From a virus, in IMG/VR virus record IMGVR_UViG_3300045988_165032: DNA of 64,000 nt, one strand, 5' to 3'. Positions 48,400-58,186 of this stretch are shown here, piece after piece. The position numbers and the translations under genes were made by a program. Each line of letters begins with the position of its first letter. Positions within the stretch are counted from its first letter, which is position 1. A model generated the notes under the pieces. The model was not told the origin of the DNA, did not search any database, and saw nothing but the letters and a program-made list of their open reading frames with translations.

Positions 48400-48933
48400 C
48401 TACCCAATCGGACGATTTCCATTAGCCGCTTTCGCAAATTCAATTACCTCTTGATATTTTTCTTTATCAAAAGAATCAACTATATCTTTAGCAATCTTTG
48501 CGTTTTTAGGTAAATCATTTATAATACTTTGAATAACAGCTCCCGCAGTATTGGTATAATTTAAAGTATTAAGCATTATTTCATCCATAAAAGTAAATAA
48601 AGCATTATATTCTTCTTCAGGAATAATTTCAATCATTTTATCAATAAAACCATTACTCTCTAAAGTATCATAAATTTTCATTTCATTTTCTTTTTGTTTC
48701 TCTGTAAAACTTAAATTGGTATACATATAAACTAAATGTAGATGAAAATACATATCTAATTTTAAAGCATTATAAATACCATTTTCTTCTGCTTTTTGTA
48801 AAGTAATCATAACTAAATCATATTTATCTTCAATAGGTAAATATTGTTTAACTTCTATTTCTGTATTATTAAAATTAAAAGTTTTAATTTCATCTTTAGT
48901 TTTTAATTTTAAATTTGCATAACTTACTTTCAT
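48400..48933 (-). CDS. Putative tail assembly chaperone (177 aa)
   Basis: Small acidic protein directly upstream of the tape measure gene. Confidence 0.35.
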   Translation of the reverse strand: MKVSYANLKLKTKDEIKTFNFNNTEIEVKQYLPIEDKYDLVMITLQKAEENGIYNALKLDMYFHLHLVYMYTNLSFTEKQKENEMKIYDTLESNGFIDKMIEIIPEEEYNALFTFMDEIMLNTLNYTNTAGAVIQSIINDLPKNAKIAKDIVDSFDKEKYQEVIEFAKAANGNRPIG

Positions 48934-48995
48934 TTTATTTATTTCTCCTTTTGTCTCATCTTATAAGAATATTATACTATAAAATTTTTCTTTTG

Positions 48996-50177
48996 TCAAG
49001 TTAATTTTTTTGCTCTGTTTAAAGCTCTTTTTCCGCCCATCTGGTACGCATCTATTATTGCTTCTTTTATACTCTTATCAACTTGATCTTCTAATGATTC
49101 TAAAAGTTTATTTCTTGTCTGTTTGTTCTCTTTAAATTCTTTTTTCTTCTTTAATAATTCTTCTTCGCTATAATTTTCATCTTCTACAATACTTTTGGCT
49201 AAATCTGCTAATTGTTGCAACCCTAATGCTGAAGCACCAGCAGATTTAATTCCATATTCAATTTCTCCCATCTCTAAATCTCCTTCTAATGCCCCAGGTA
49301 AACTATCTACTTTTAAAACTTCGTCAATAAAGTCCTTTACAAAAAGTTCTAATTGTAACAGAATATTGCTTTCGGTTATTTCAAAGCTAGGCTCTTGTCT
49401 ATTCGCCAAAACAATAGAAGCATAAGCTTCATTAATATCACCTTCTGAAGATATAAAAGCCTGATGCCAAGTCTTTAATGGATTTTGCCATAGTATAATA
49501 TAATGACCACCTGTTACTTTTTTACTTTTTCTAAATCTAAACATAACTTCATCATATGTTTGATTTAAGTTATTAAGATTGAAATTAAAATCATTCCCTG
49601 TTTCTAACTGCTGAATAGCCTTACTTTCTAACATATTTTCTATTTGTTTTTGAGTTGCCTTATATCTAGCTGTAAATCCAGACTTTGAAGCATCTCCAAA
49701 TTTTAATATATCTTCATTCAATATTTCATATAAAACAGGTGCTTGATTTTTATATCTATATACATAAACCATTGTTACTTTTTGACCTAAAAATTCATTC
49801 AAAGCTTTTTGAAACTTAAAACTACTTTCATAAAGTTGTTTAGGAATATCTCCAGCTAAAAGTCTATTCTTTTCTGTTCTTGCATGCACATACTCATCCA
49901 TTAATTCATATTCTGACACTGCTTTTTTTCTACCTGGAACTTTTACTTTATTAGAATATTGATGTCTAAATTCTTTTAACTTTTTAATCCTATCTTCTAT
50001 ATCTTCAATATCTTTTTTTAGTTCTTTTAATTTATTTAAATAAGCTAGAGCTTCCTCTCTCATTTTTTTTAAATTGCCTTTAACAACTTCTTTAACAGGT
50101 TCGTCCATAGCATCTAAAACAGTATCTTCCATTTTATCAATATCTTTCTCATTAACATCCATTTTAGTTTTTGCCAT
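48996..50177 (-). CDS. Hypothetical coiled-coil protein (393 aa), possible tail-assembly associated
   Basis: Lies between the major tail and chaperone genes. Confidence 0.3.
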   Translation of the reverse strand: MAKTKMDVNEKDIDKMEDTVLDAMDEPVKEVVKGNLKKMREEALAYLNKLKELKKDIEDIEDRIKKLKEFRHQYSNKVKVPGRKKAVSEYELMDEYVHARTEKNRLLAGDIPKQLYESSFKFQKALNEFLGQKVTMVYVYRYKNQAPVLYEILNEDILKFGDASKSGFTARYKATQKQIENMLESKAIQQLETGNDFNFNLNNLNQTYDEVMFRFRKSKKVTGGHYIILWQNPLKTWHQAFISSEGDINEAYASIVLANRQEPSFEITESNILLQLELFVKDFIDEVLKVDSLPGALEGDLEMGEIEYGIKSAGASALGLQQLADLAKSIVEDENYSEEELLKKKKEFKENKQTRNKLLESLEDQVDKSIKEAIIDAYQMGGKRALNRAKKLT

Positions 50178-50237
50178 ATTACACTTCCTCCATAAATAAA
50201 AAAAATAGGAGAGTTATTAAACTCTCCTATTTAATTA

Positions 50238-51182
50238 TCAACCTTTTTGATGGTTTGTATGACCTGTATCTTCAACACCATCTACTGCGTCAGTGCCAAT
50301 AATTTGAATTGCACAAAGGACTTTCTTTGTTCTATCAAACATTGTATATCCTGGGAAGGCATCCATCGTAAAAGTAAATGTAGATGGATCTCCGGTAGCA
50401 GCCATAGTGAATGTAAAGTTAGACTGAATTTTTACATTCGGAATAACTAATTCAGCAGGCATATCTACTCCAGTATCCTGACGTCTAAATAATGTACTAG
50501 CTTCTACATAGTAGTAACCAGCAAAGTTTTCAGCATCAATAGTAATGGTCTGAGCACCTGCAGATTTAATGATGTAATAATCAATTCTTACTACCTGACC
50601 TTCAACCGCACCTGTAAATTTAATCTGACAAGTTTTTCCGTTTGATACTTCAATAGCTTTTTCTATAGTAGTAGATTTTACATTTACCGTTGCGGTTGCT
50701 GCTTCAAATGTACCTGCTCCTAAGAATTTAATGCCTGAGCCAGAACCATCTAAAACAGTACCAAATACAGGAACATCTGTTGTATTACAGATTGTTGTTG
50801 TTTCATCATCAAAAGCTTCATAAGTGATTTCACAAACACCTTCTGCTCCCGCGATTACATCAGTTGTCATATGAACATGGACTAAATTCTTACTATCAGC
50901 TTTAACTAAGCCTGCTCCAGAAAGTACAGCAAAACCAATAGGTGATAATAGAGCATCTTCAACTGTAAAAGTTAAAGTCTTTTCACCTTCCCATGCGATC
51001 AGTCTAGTGTTTCCTTTTCCACCCTGTGCATAGACTGTGGTTGCAGCACCTTCTAAGGTAGAAGTTTTTGCTGTATCTATATAAAGTACAGGCTGACCTT
51101 TGACGAATTTAGTATTACCAATAGTGACATTTGCTTTCGCTTTAAACACTACATCACAAATCTCTCTAACGCCAAACTTCAT
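50238..51182 (-). CDS. Major tail (tube) protein with C-terminal Ig-like domain
   Basis: Position upstream of the chaperone and tape measure genes. Beta-rich with Thr/Val. C-terminal Ig-like segment. Confidence 0.5.
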   Translation of the reverse strand: MKFGVREICDVVFKAKANVTIGNTKFVKGQPVLYIDTAKTSTLEGAATTVYAQGGKGNTRLIAWEGEKTLTFTVEDALLSPIGFAVLSGAGLVKADSKNLVHVHMTTDVIAGAEGVCEITYEAFDDETTTICNTTDVPVFGTVLDGSGSGIKFLGAGTFEAATATVNVKSTTIEKAIEVSNGKTCQIKFTGAVEGQVVRIDYYIIKSAGAQTITIDAENFAGYYYVEASTLFRRQDTGVDMPAELVIPNVKIQSNFTFTMAATGDPSTFTFTMDAFPGYTMFDRTKKVLCAIQIIGTDAVDGVEDTGHTNHQKG

Positions 51183-51265
51183 AACGCATTATCCTCCTTA
51201 TATAAAATTCTTAATTTATCTTTTAAAAATAACTTTTTTAAGTTATCTTTATACATAAAGTAATA

Positions 51266-52009
51266 TTATGGATGGATATTTTTCATCCAATTTTCTACTT
51301 CATCCAAATCTTTAGCTCCAGCTAATTTAGCTTTAAAATATATATCATAGCTTTGTTTTAATTCAAACCGCTGAAACTCGTCAAATAATTGATAAACAGT
51401 ATATTGCATTAAAGAATTTATATCTTTATTTTCTCCAACAGCTAAGATAGAAATATATCTTTCTAAAATAGAAATTTTTTGAGAATCACCTTTTAAAGAT
51501 GCAACTTTAGCTCGACCTTTTTTCAGCTTTTCCGCGATTTTTCTAGCTGCATCATTACCAGGATTATATGAAGATACATCATCTTTGTTTTTATCTAAAC
51601 AAAAGACAGAAATTAGAATACTTTTAAATGCTTCATAATTTTTATTATTGATAAAATATTCTTTCCCATCTTTTTTTAGAACAATTTGTTCCATAAACAT
51701 ATCTAATGATAAACTATATTCTGGGAATAATAACATTAGCACTAATAAAGCACAGTTTTTATTCTGTTGGGCAATAACATTTTTGCTTTTCATTATTGAC
51801 ATTAATATTTCAAAATTAGTTTTATTTCTTAAATTAACTTTGTCCTCTTTACTTAAATTATCTTTTGAAAAATTTAGAAATTCGCATCCCATAAAAAAAG
51901 TTTCTTCTCCAATATAAGCAATTTCTTTAATAATAGGTTGATGTACAGTGAGTTGAGCTTCTGTAAAAGCAATATCATTACCAGACAATAAAAGTAAATC
52001 ATTATTCAT
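51266..52009 (-). CDS. Head-tail joining/tail completion protein candidate (247 aa)
   Basis: Position between the capsid and tail genes. Confidence 0.3.
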   Translation of the reverse strand: MNNDLLLLSGNDIAFTEAQLTVHQPIIKEIAYIGEETFFMGCEFLNFSKDNLSKEDKVNLRNKTNFEILMSIMKSKNVIAQQNKNCALLVLMLLFPEYSLSLDMFMEQIVLKKDGKEYFINNKNYEAFKSILISVFCLDKNKDDVSSYNPGNDAARKIAEKLKKGRAKVASLKGDSQKISILERYISILAVGENKDINSLMQYTVYQLFDEFQRFELKQSYDIYFKAKLAGAKDLDEVENWMKNIHP

Positions 52010-52617
52010 TATTCTTCCTCAGAAGGAATCTTATCATCACTGCCATGAATTGCTTTATAAGTTAAACTATATCCGCTTAAGTCTTCATCTAAAAGTAATT
52101 CATTACATCTTGCCAACTGCAATTCTCCAATTCCTGTTAATTTTGTATTATTCAAAAGCCCATCTATATAACCACAAATTTTAAGCGGTCTCACTCTATA
52201 GTTTCCTATATCCCAATAATCAGTATGACATAATACGTCAAAATTAATCGCACAATCTCTAAATTCTGGATTTGTTCTATTGGGTGTAAAATTATCATAA
52301 GAAACAATTATATAAGATTTAATTTCTTCATGTTCAGGAAGTCTAAGCTTAGGTTTTAATTTAACATAACCCTGCTCAATCATTTTTCCAAGAGTCATTT
52401 CAGTTAATTTTTTTTTATACTGTTCATCTTCTTTATTATCTAAACAGTCTTTAGTATTTATTACCAAAAGTCTTTTTAGATCGTCACTATAAGGTTTACT
52501 TTCAACAAAAAGTTTTTTTAATATTCTTTCAGTATCTTTTTCACAAGAGAGAAAAGATGATTGAATATTCGTTACGGCTAAATTTCTTTTCATATTACTC
52601 CTTTTATCTCTATTCAC
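52009..52617 (-). CDS. Head-tail connector candidate (202 aa)
   Basis: Position. Start overlaps the neighbour's stop. Confidence 0.3.
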   Translation of the reverse strand: MNRDKRSNMKRNLAVTNIQSSFLSCEKDTERILKKLFVESKPYSDDLKRLLVINTKDCLDNKEDEQYKKKLTEMTLGKMIEQGYVKLKPKLRLPEHEEIKSYIIVSYDNFTPNRTNPEFRDCAINFDVLCHTDYWDIGNYRVRPLKICGYIDGLLNNTKLTGIGELQLARCNELLLDEDLSGYSLTYKAIHGSDDKIPSEEE

Positions 52618-52620
52618 ATC

Positions 52621-53580
52621 TTACAAAGAATTGATTTTTACTTTTAAAGTTAAAACCTTTCCTTGATCTTTTTCACTGTAAGTTAAAATAAATTCTCCAC
52701 TTTTTCCAGTTACTACCTCTACAATAGCAGAATTATTTTTTATTTCTATAATTTTCGCTTTATTATTATTTATGCTCCAAGTACCTTCTTTAAAATCTCC
52801 TTTTAAAGAATATTCTTTTATATCATATGGATATACTTCAACATCTCCTACTATATCAGATTCTGTTGTTGAATCTTCTTTTTTTTCTTTTTCTCTTTCT
52901 TCATAATAATCTTGAAGCGGATTCTCATAATATTCTTTTACAGTAACTTTAATAATACCTTCCCCATAAAATATATTCGTGTCTTGGACTTCCCAAGTTT
53001 GTCCTTCTATTTTCAATAACTTAAATCTATGAAAAAAATCTAAAGTTTCCTCATTCTTAGTAATATAAAAAACTAAGGTGTTATTTAAGTCATTCCAAAC
53101 TGTATTATTCTTTTTATTCCATTGAATAGTAGTTTCTACCGGACCTCTAATATAAATCCAATATTTCTTCCCGTTTAATTCAGCTTGAGCCTCGCACTTT
53201 CTAATCTCCGCTCTAAAATAAGCAACTTCTTCTAAAAAAGGTAAATAAATAATCCATTTAGTATTAGTCTCTTTCCAAGAGATAATGTCGCCAGACTTTA
53301 TCCCCAACTCCTCTTCTGCTTCAGAAGTTTTTCCTAATCTGTCTTTATTTAAACATACATCTTTATAAGGTATAGAAAGTATTTTATTATCGTAATCTGG
53401 ATTTAACTTATTTGGGTTAATTAAGCATTTAAACTCTCGTCCGTCTTCAAGAATCGCGGTTTGACCTTGATAAGAATACATAGCTTTTTTTAATGATCTA
53501 AGTTTATCATTAATAAGCCTTCGTTCCTTACTTCCGCCATAATAATTAAGTCTAGTTTTTAAATTATCTAATCCACTCAT
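52621..53580 (-). CDS. Hypothetical structural protein (319 aa)
   Basis: Position in the connector region. Confidence 0.3.
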   Translation of the reverse strand: MSGLDNLKTRLNYYGGSKERRLINDKLRSLKKAMYSYQGQTAILEDGREFKCLINPNKLNPDYDNKILSIPYKDVCLNKDRLGKTSEAEEELGIKSGDIISWKETNTKWIIYLPFLEEVAYFRAEIRKCEAQAELNGKKYWIYIRGPVETTIQWNKKNNTVWNDLNNTLVFYITKNEETLDFFHRFKLLKIEGQTWEVQDTNIFYGEGIIKVTVKEYYENPLQDYYEEREKEKKEDSTTESDIVGDVEVYPYDIKEYSLKGDFKEGTWSINNNKAKIIEIKNNSAIVEVVTGKSGEFILTYSEKDQGKVLTLKVKINSL

Positions 53581-53882
53581 ATCTTTATATTATTTATCAA
53601 TCCTAAACATTCGAAGATAGTCCTTCTATAAAGAAAAAAATCTTTATCTTCTGATAGCAGGAATAATCCTTCTAATTTACACAAGAGCGGAAACAGAACT
53701 TCATGCTGGTCAAATAACAGTCTATCCATTCCCGCAAGCTCTTCAATAATAGTAGTTAATGGCTTTTGCCAATCTGTTTTTTCTTCTCTACTTGGCAATA
53801 ACTTATAGATTTGATTTGTAATTCTATTTAAGTTTTTATCAATAGCGGATTTATCTATTTCCGCACCATATTTAAGTATCAT
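53577..53882 (-). CDS. Head-tail adaptor candidate (101 aa)
   Basis: Small ORF. Coupled to its neighbours. Confidence 0.3.
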   Translation of the reverse strand: MILKYGAEIDKSAIDKNLNRITNQIYKLLPSREEKTDWQKPLTTIIEELAGMDRLLFDQHEVLFPLLCKLEGLFLLSEDKDFFLYRRTIFECLGLINNIKI

Positions 53883-54441
53883 AACGCTCCTCCTCTATTG
53901 GTTCCATAATAATATTGAAGGTTGAACGCACAATACCTTTTTTATCAGCTTTTCTTCTTTTATACAATCTCTGTAAATGAAATCCTTCTCTTTCATAATC
54001 TTTCTTAATTGCTAATAATTTATGCATATGATTTGCCTGAGAAGTAAATTTAAAATCTGAACCGCTATATTTAAGTCTAGTATTCTCAATCGAAGCTAAC
54101 TGATATCCTATCCACTCTACAACCATGTAAACCGCGAGAATATTGATTTCCTCTTGAGTTAAAAAACTATTAAAAAAACCACCCGAATAAATAAAAGCTT
54201 TAACTTCTATATTATTACTTTCAACTCCTTTATAAATAGATTCGTCTACAAAAGAATCTTCTTCATAATCGTAAAGATTAACTCGCGGAAATTCAAACTT
54301 ATGCATTGCGGAAAGCAAGAGGTCTTGCAACATACGAAACGTCTCTAATTCAGTTAATTCTAAGTACATATCGTCTGTTACCTTAGTTGATAAAAAACAA
54401 TCATAAACTTTAGAAAAAGGAGTTTTATTAATATTATTCAT
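53872..54441 (-). CDS. Head completion/connector candidate (189 aa)
   Basis: Position. Confidence 0.3.
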   Translation of the reverse strand: MNNINKTPFSKVYDCFLSTKVTDDMYLELTELETFRMLQDLLLSAMHKFEFPRVNLYDYEEDSFVDESIYKGVESNNIEVKAFIYSGGFFNSFLTQEEINILAVYMVVEWIGYQLASIENTRLKYSGSDFKFTSQANHMHKLLAIKKDYEREGFHLQRLYKRRKADKKGIVRSTFNIIMEPIEEERYDT

Positions 54442-54460
54442 AATTGCCTCCCTTTATGTT

Positions 54461-55030
54461 TTATTTTGTAACTGTTACTTTGTATTTTGGCGGAGCTGTT
54501 CTTCTTCCTGTCGAAGTTGATGTTGAAGAAACTGGAGTAGCTCTTCTAATTTTTTCTTTAGGAATTTCATTTTCGTCTGTCTCTTTATTGATTTCAATAG
54601 CCTTGCTTACATTAAAACCAGTCTTCTCAAAAATAGCTTCTCTCTTACTAATGTCATTAATTTTTAATTTAACTGCTAACTCTTTGACTAAATCAATAAC
54701 ACCAATAGGAGCAAAGTCTAAGCAATCCATAAGCTGATCTAATGAACCTGTTAAAAGTAATTTTTTAATATCTTCTTCTGAATAAAAATATTCTGGCTCG
54801 ACTTCTGGAAGTAATTCTTCTAAAGCCTCTTTGTTTTTAATGATTAAACAGTCTTTTAAAATAACTATTCCGCCTGGTAAATAAGATAGCTTTCTCAACT
54901 CGTCCATAGTAACTTCTTTTTCTTCTCTTGGCTGAAAATTACGATGTAAATTTCCTAAGTCAGGAATTGTATAACCAACAGTTCCATTATCTCTATTTAT
55001 AACTTTGATTAAAGTATCTTTCTCTAACAT
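54461..55030 (-). CDS. Hypothetical protein downstream of the capsid gene (189 aa; basic Ser/Thr-rich C-terminus)
   Basis: Position. Confidence 0.3.
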   Translation of the reverse strand: MLEKDTLIKVINRDNGTVGYTIPDLGNLHRNFQPREEKEVTMDELRKLSYLPGGIVILKDCLIIKNKEALEELLPEVEPEYFYSEEDIKKLLLTGSLDQLMDCLDFAPIGVIDLVKELAVKLKINDISKREAIFEKTGFNVSKAIEINKETDENEIPKEKIRRATPVSSTSTSTGRRTAPPKYKVTVTK

Positions 55031-55097
55031 ATTTTCTCCTTTTATCTCTAAATATATATAAAAATATTGGGGAAGATAATATCTTCCCCATATTAAA

Positions 55098-56126
55098 TTA
55101 TTGAGTCAAACCAGTGTTTCTATATACGCAAATATTATTAGTAATAATTGCAGCAACACCCATTTTCTTGTAAACCTGAATTTCTCTTGACATATCAGCA
55201 TTTTCAATTTCTCTAACGATAGTCTGTCCTTCAAGAGCAATTTTTACAGGTTTATCATTTCCGCCAGTAGGAATAATCCATGCATAAGATGGGTCGATAA
55301 CTTTTTTACTATTAGTTTCATCTTCATAAGACTGAGGTAAAACAATTACTCTATGTCCTTTATAATTTGCTAAATAACCATTATTCCATTTCTGGTCTTT
55401 CATAGCGTCTGAAACCCAACCTTCAGCAGGTACCATGGTAGCTGCGAATTCATACGTACAATAAATAGTAGCTTGTCCATAAGAATCTGCTACAGCTAAC
55501 AATTTATCCATTTCAGCTTCTATAAAAGAACCTTGGGTGGTTTTATTATTAGCTTGTAAATTAGTTACAGCACCTTTCAAAGCTCTTTCAATTTCAAGAT
55601 AAACGCTTTCGTCTAATCCTTCCATAACAATGTCAAGAACATCTGCGAAATCTATACGTCCATCTAAGAACTCTTCAAATCCAATCTGAGCAGCTCCACC
55701 AAAAGCACTTGTAGGAACTTCATAAGATTTACCATCCAGTTTGAATACTTCATAAATACCTGCTAATCCAACTTTTGTAATAAATTGTTTTGCACGTCTC
55801 TTTGAAGCAACCGTAATTCTCTGAGTGAATACAGGTTTGTCTCCCTGGCTAAATGTCTTAATTTCAGCAAATTGACCATACTGCTCTAATACTTTTTTTG
55901 GAAGAATATCGTCAATAGTCTCTTCCATAAGAGCAAAAATTGTATTCTTATTTTCGCGATAAAGTGCGTATGTTCCCGCGATTTCTCTTAATTCGTTTCT
56001 CAATGTATCGTTTAAATCTGAATAGCTAAATTTTTCATTACCGAAAGAATAAGCAACCTGAGAAGAAGGATTAGCTTTTGCTACGGTTTTAGCTAATGTA
56101 AATAAATCTTTTCTACTTAAAGCCAT
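55098..56126 (-). CDS. Major capsid protein (HK97-fold type)
   Basis: 342 aa. Position after the protease-scaffold and decoration-like genes. Composition typical of a major capsid protein. Confidence 0.6.
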   Translation of the reverse strand: MALSRKDLFTLAKTVAKANPSSQVAYSFGNEKFSYSDLNDTLRNELREIAGTYALYRENKNTIFALMEETIDDILPKKVLEQYGQFAEIKTFSQGDKPVFTQRITVASKRRAKQFITKVGLAGIYEVFKLDGKSYEVPTSAFGGAAQIGFEEFLDGRIDFADVLDIVMEGLDESVYLEIERALKGAVTNLQANNKTTQGSFIEAEMDKLLAVADSYGQATIYCTYEFAATMVPAEGWVSDAMKDQKWNNGYLANYKGHRVIVLPQSYEDETNSKKVIDPSYAWIIPTGGNDKPVKIALEGQTIVREIENADMSREIQVYKKMGVAAIITNNICVYRNTGLTQ

Positions 56127-56141
56127 CTCTTATAATCCTCC

Positions 56142-56726
56142 TTATTTAACTCTCATTACCTTAACAGCTGGTTGTCCATCTGCCATAGTATAAATTTTTA
56201 CTACTTGCCATAACATACTTTCTGTTGAAGCTTCTGCTGTTTCATCTTTTACTAAGAAGCCTGTTGTGTCAACTTTTAAAAAGTCTCCTACTTCAAGAGC
56301 AATACCAGCATATTCTGCTTTTCCGCTTGTATTCGCAGCACCAACAGCATTAGTAGTATAAATATCTCCAACATTTGTTTTAATTACACGCGGAACCATC
56401 TGACCTTTAAGTGGACCTAAGCCACCATGAGTAATATCATCGCTTCCCGCTGTATAATTATCTTTAATCATAGCAAAGTCTTTATAAGACTCTCTCCACT
56501 TATCATCGTATAATTTTACTTCGTTGAACACCATCATCCATTCGCCTTTGCCAGTAAAATTAACTTCTCCATTAGCATAGTCATATTTTACATACTGACC
56601 ATTTTCAAGAATACTAATATCAGATTTTGCTGGTAACTGTGCATAAATCTGAGAAGTTCTTTGAGCTGACAAATGATTAGGTTCAACTTGACCAAAACCA
56701 ACTCTTTTAATTGTTGTAGCAGCCAT
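56142..56726 (-). CDS. Capsid-associated/decoration protein candidate (194 aa)
   Basis: Lies between the scaffold-protease and major capsid genes. Confidence 0.35.
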   Translation of the reverse strand: MAATTIKRVGFGQVEPNHLSAQRTSQIYAQLPAKSDISILENGQYVKYDYANGEVNFTGKGEWMMVFNEVKLYDDKWRESYKDFAMIKDNYTAGSDDITHGGLGPLKGQMVPRVIKTNVGDIYTTNAVGAANTSGKAEYAGIALEVGDFLKVDTTGFLVKDETAEASTESMLWQVVKIYTMADGQPAVKVMRVK

Positions 56727-56739
56727 CTATATATCCTCC

Positions 56740-58167
56740 TTAATCATTTCTACTGTTTCGAGTATTTTTTAAAGCATTTATCCACGCTGGGATAGAGCTA
56801 TCCTGTTCTTCTAAACTAAAAGTTGTAACAGGATTATCTTTTTCATTTTTTGAGGTATTTTCTAAATCAAAATTAACTTTCTTTCTAACACAAATTACAG
56901 ATAACTTTGCTTCAATATCATCTAAAGAATATTTAGCTTTATTTGTAATTACATCTTTCTTATCCTCATCTGAAAGCATGTAAAAACTGTTAATTAAAGC
57001 ATCTTTTTTCTCATTTTCAATTTGATTTTTAAAAGCTACTAATGATTGAAAATCCTCTTCTAATGCAGAGTATTTACTTTGTAAATTTTGATATTGAGTT
57101 TCTAATAAAGTATATTTATCATTCTTCTTCTTTTCTTCTTCTTCGTCATCAGAAGATGCTTTATTATCATCTTTTTTATCTTCCTTTGAAGTAGAATCTT
57201 CTGTATTAGTTTTTTCTTCTTTAACAGTTTCATCTTCTTCTTTTTTTACAAAGTTTTTCTTTTTATCTTCATCATTTTTTTCTGTCTTTGTGGTTTCATC
57301 ATTTTTAGGCTGATCTTCTTTATCTTCCTCTTTTTTCTTTTTATCTTTATCAGAAGCTACAAAATCAGTTTGATTTAATCCCTCTGTAGAATTTTGATTT
57401 TCTGCGGAAAAGTTTTGTTCTTTTTTGTCCTTTTCATCAGAAACTTTTTTATTATCTTTTTCTAAAGCCATTTGTCCTCCTTCTAATGCATCTTTTAATT
57501 CATGCATCATAGTATATAAAGTCTTTTTAAAATTATCATCTACTTTAGTAAACGATGTACTTATACATGGAGCTGTTACACTTGAACCTTCAAAACAAGG
57601 TTCAACATTATCTCCTAAAATACATAATTTTGAAAATATTGCGTCATTTATAATAAAAAACTCTATACCTGTTTTATAATTTTTTGACCATTCTCCTTCT
57701 AAGGAATCTTCATCTAATTCCATAGAATGTGGTTTTCCCTGCTCAACAACAGCTTGAGCCTCTTCAAACTGCCCTGTCCACAAAAATCCAGTAGTCATTA
57801 AATATTCTCTAATAATAGAATTTCCAAAATCGTCTATATCCTCAAATTTTTGAAACCAAATTTTAGCATTAGGAGCTACAAATCCATAAGGTTTTGTAAG
57901 ACAATTAAAATGTATTCCATCTTCATCAATTACTACTTGATCCCCATGATCGCCAAAATCTTTTACATCTTGTTTAAAATAACCTACAATAGGACATCCA
58001 GGTAACGAATTAGCCATCTCTGTAGCTACTTCTTTACTTATATAGCTATGATTTCTATTTTCTCCAAGATACAAAACTTTAATTTCACATTCTGAAATTA
58101 AAGGATTATATGGAGAAACGTTTATAAATTCTGGACTATCTATCGTAGCTATACTCATTCTTGACAT
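56740..58167 (-). CDS. Prohead protease fused to a scaffolding domain
   Basis: N-terminal HK97-family prohead protease-like region. Long K/E/D low-complexity linker. C-terminal coiled-coil scaffold-like domain. Confidence 0.55.
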   Translation of the reverse strand: MSRMSIATIDSPEFINVSPYNPLISECEIKVLYLGENRNHSYISKEVATEMANSLPGCPIVGYFKQDVKDFGDHGDQVVIDEDGIHFNCLTKPYGFVAPNAKIWFQKFEDIDDFGNSIIREYLMTTGFLWTGQFEEAQAVVEQGKPHSMELDEDSLEGEWSKNYKTGIEFFIINDAIFSKLCILGDNVEPCFEGSSVTAPCISTSFTKVDDNFKKTLYTMMHELKDALEGGQMALEKDNKKVSDEKDKKEQNFSAENQNSTEGLNQTDFVASDKDKKKKEEDKEDQPKNDETTKTEKNDEDKKKNFVKKEEDETVKEEKTNTEDSTSKEDKKDDNKASSDDEEEEKKKNDKYTLLETQYQNLQSKYSALEEDFQSLVAFKNQIENEKKDALINSFYMLSDEDKKDVITNKAKYSLDDIEAKLSVICVRKKVNFDLENTSKNEKDNPVTTFSLEEQDSSIPAWINALKNTRNSRND

Positions 58168-58186
58168 TTAGCTACCTCCAATTTAA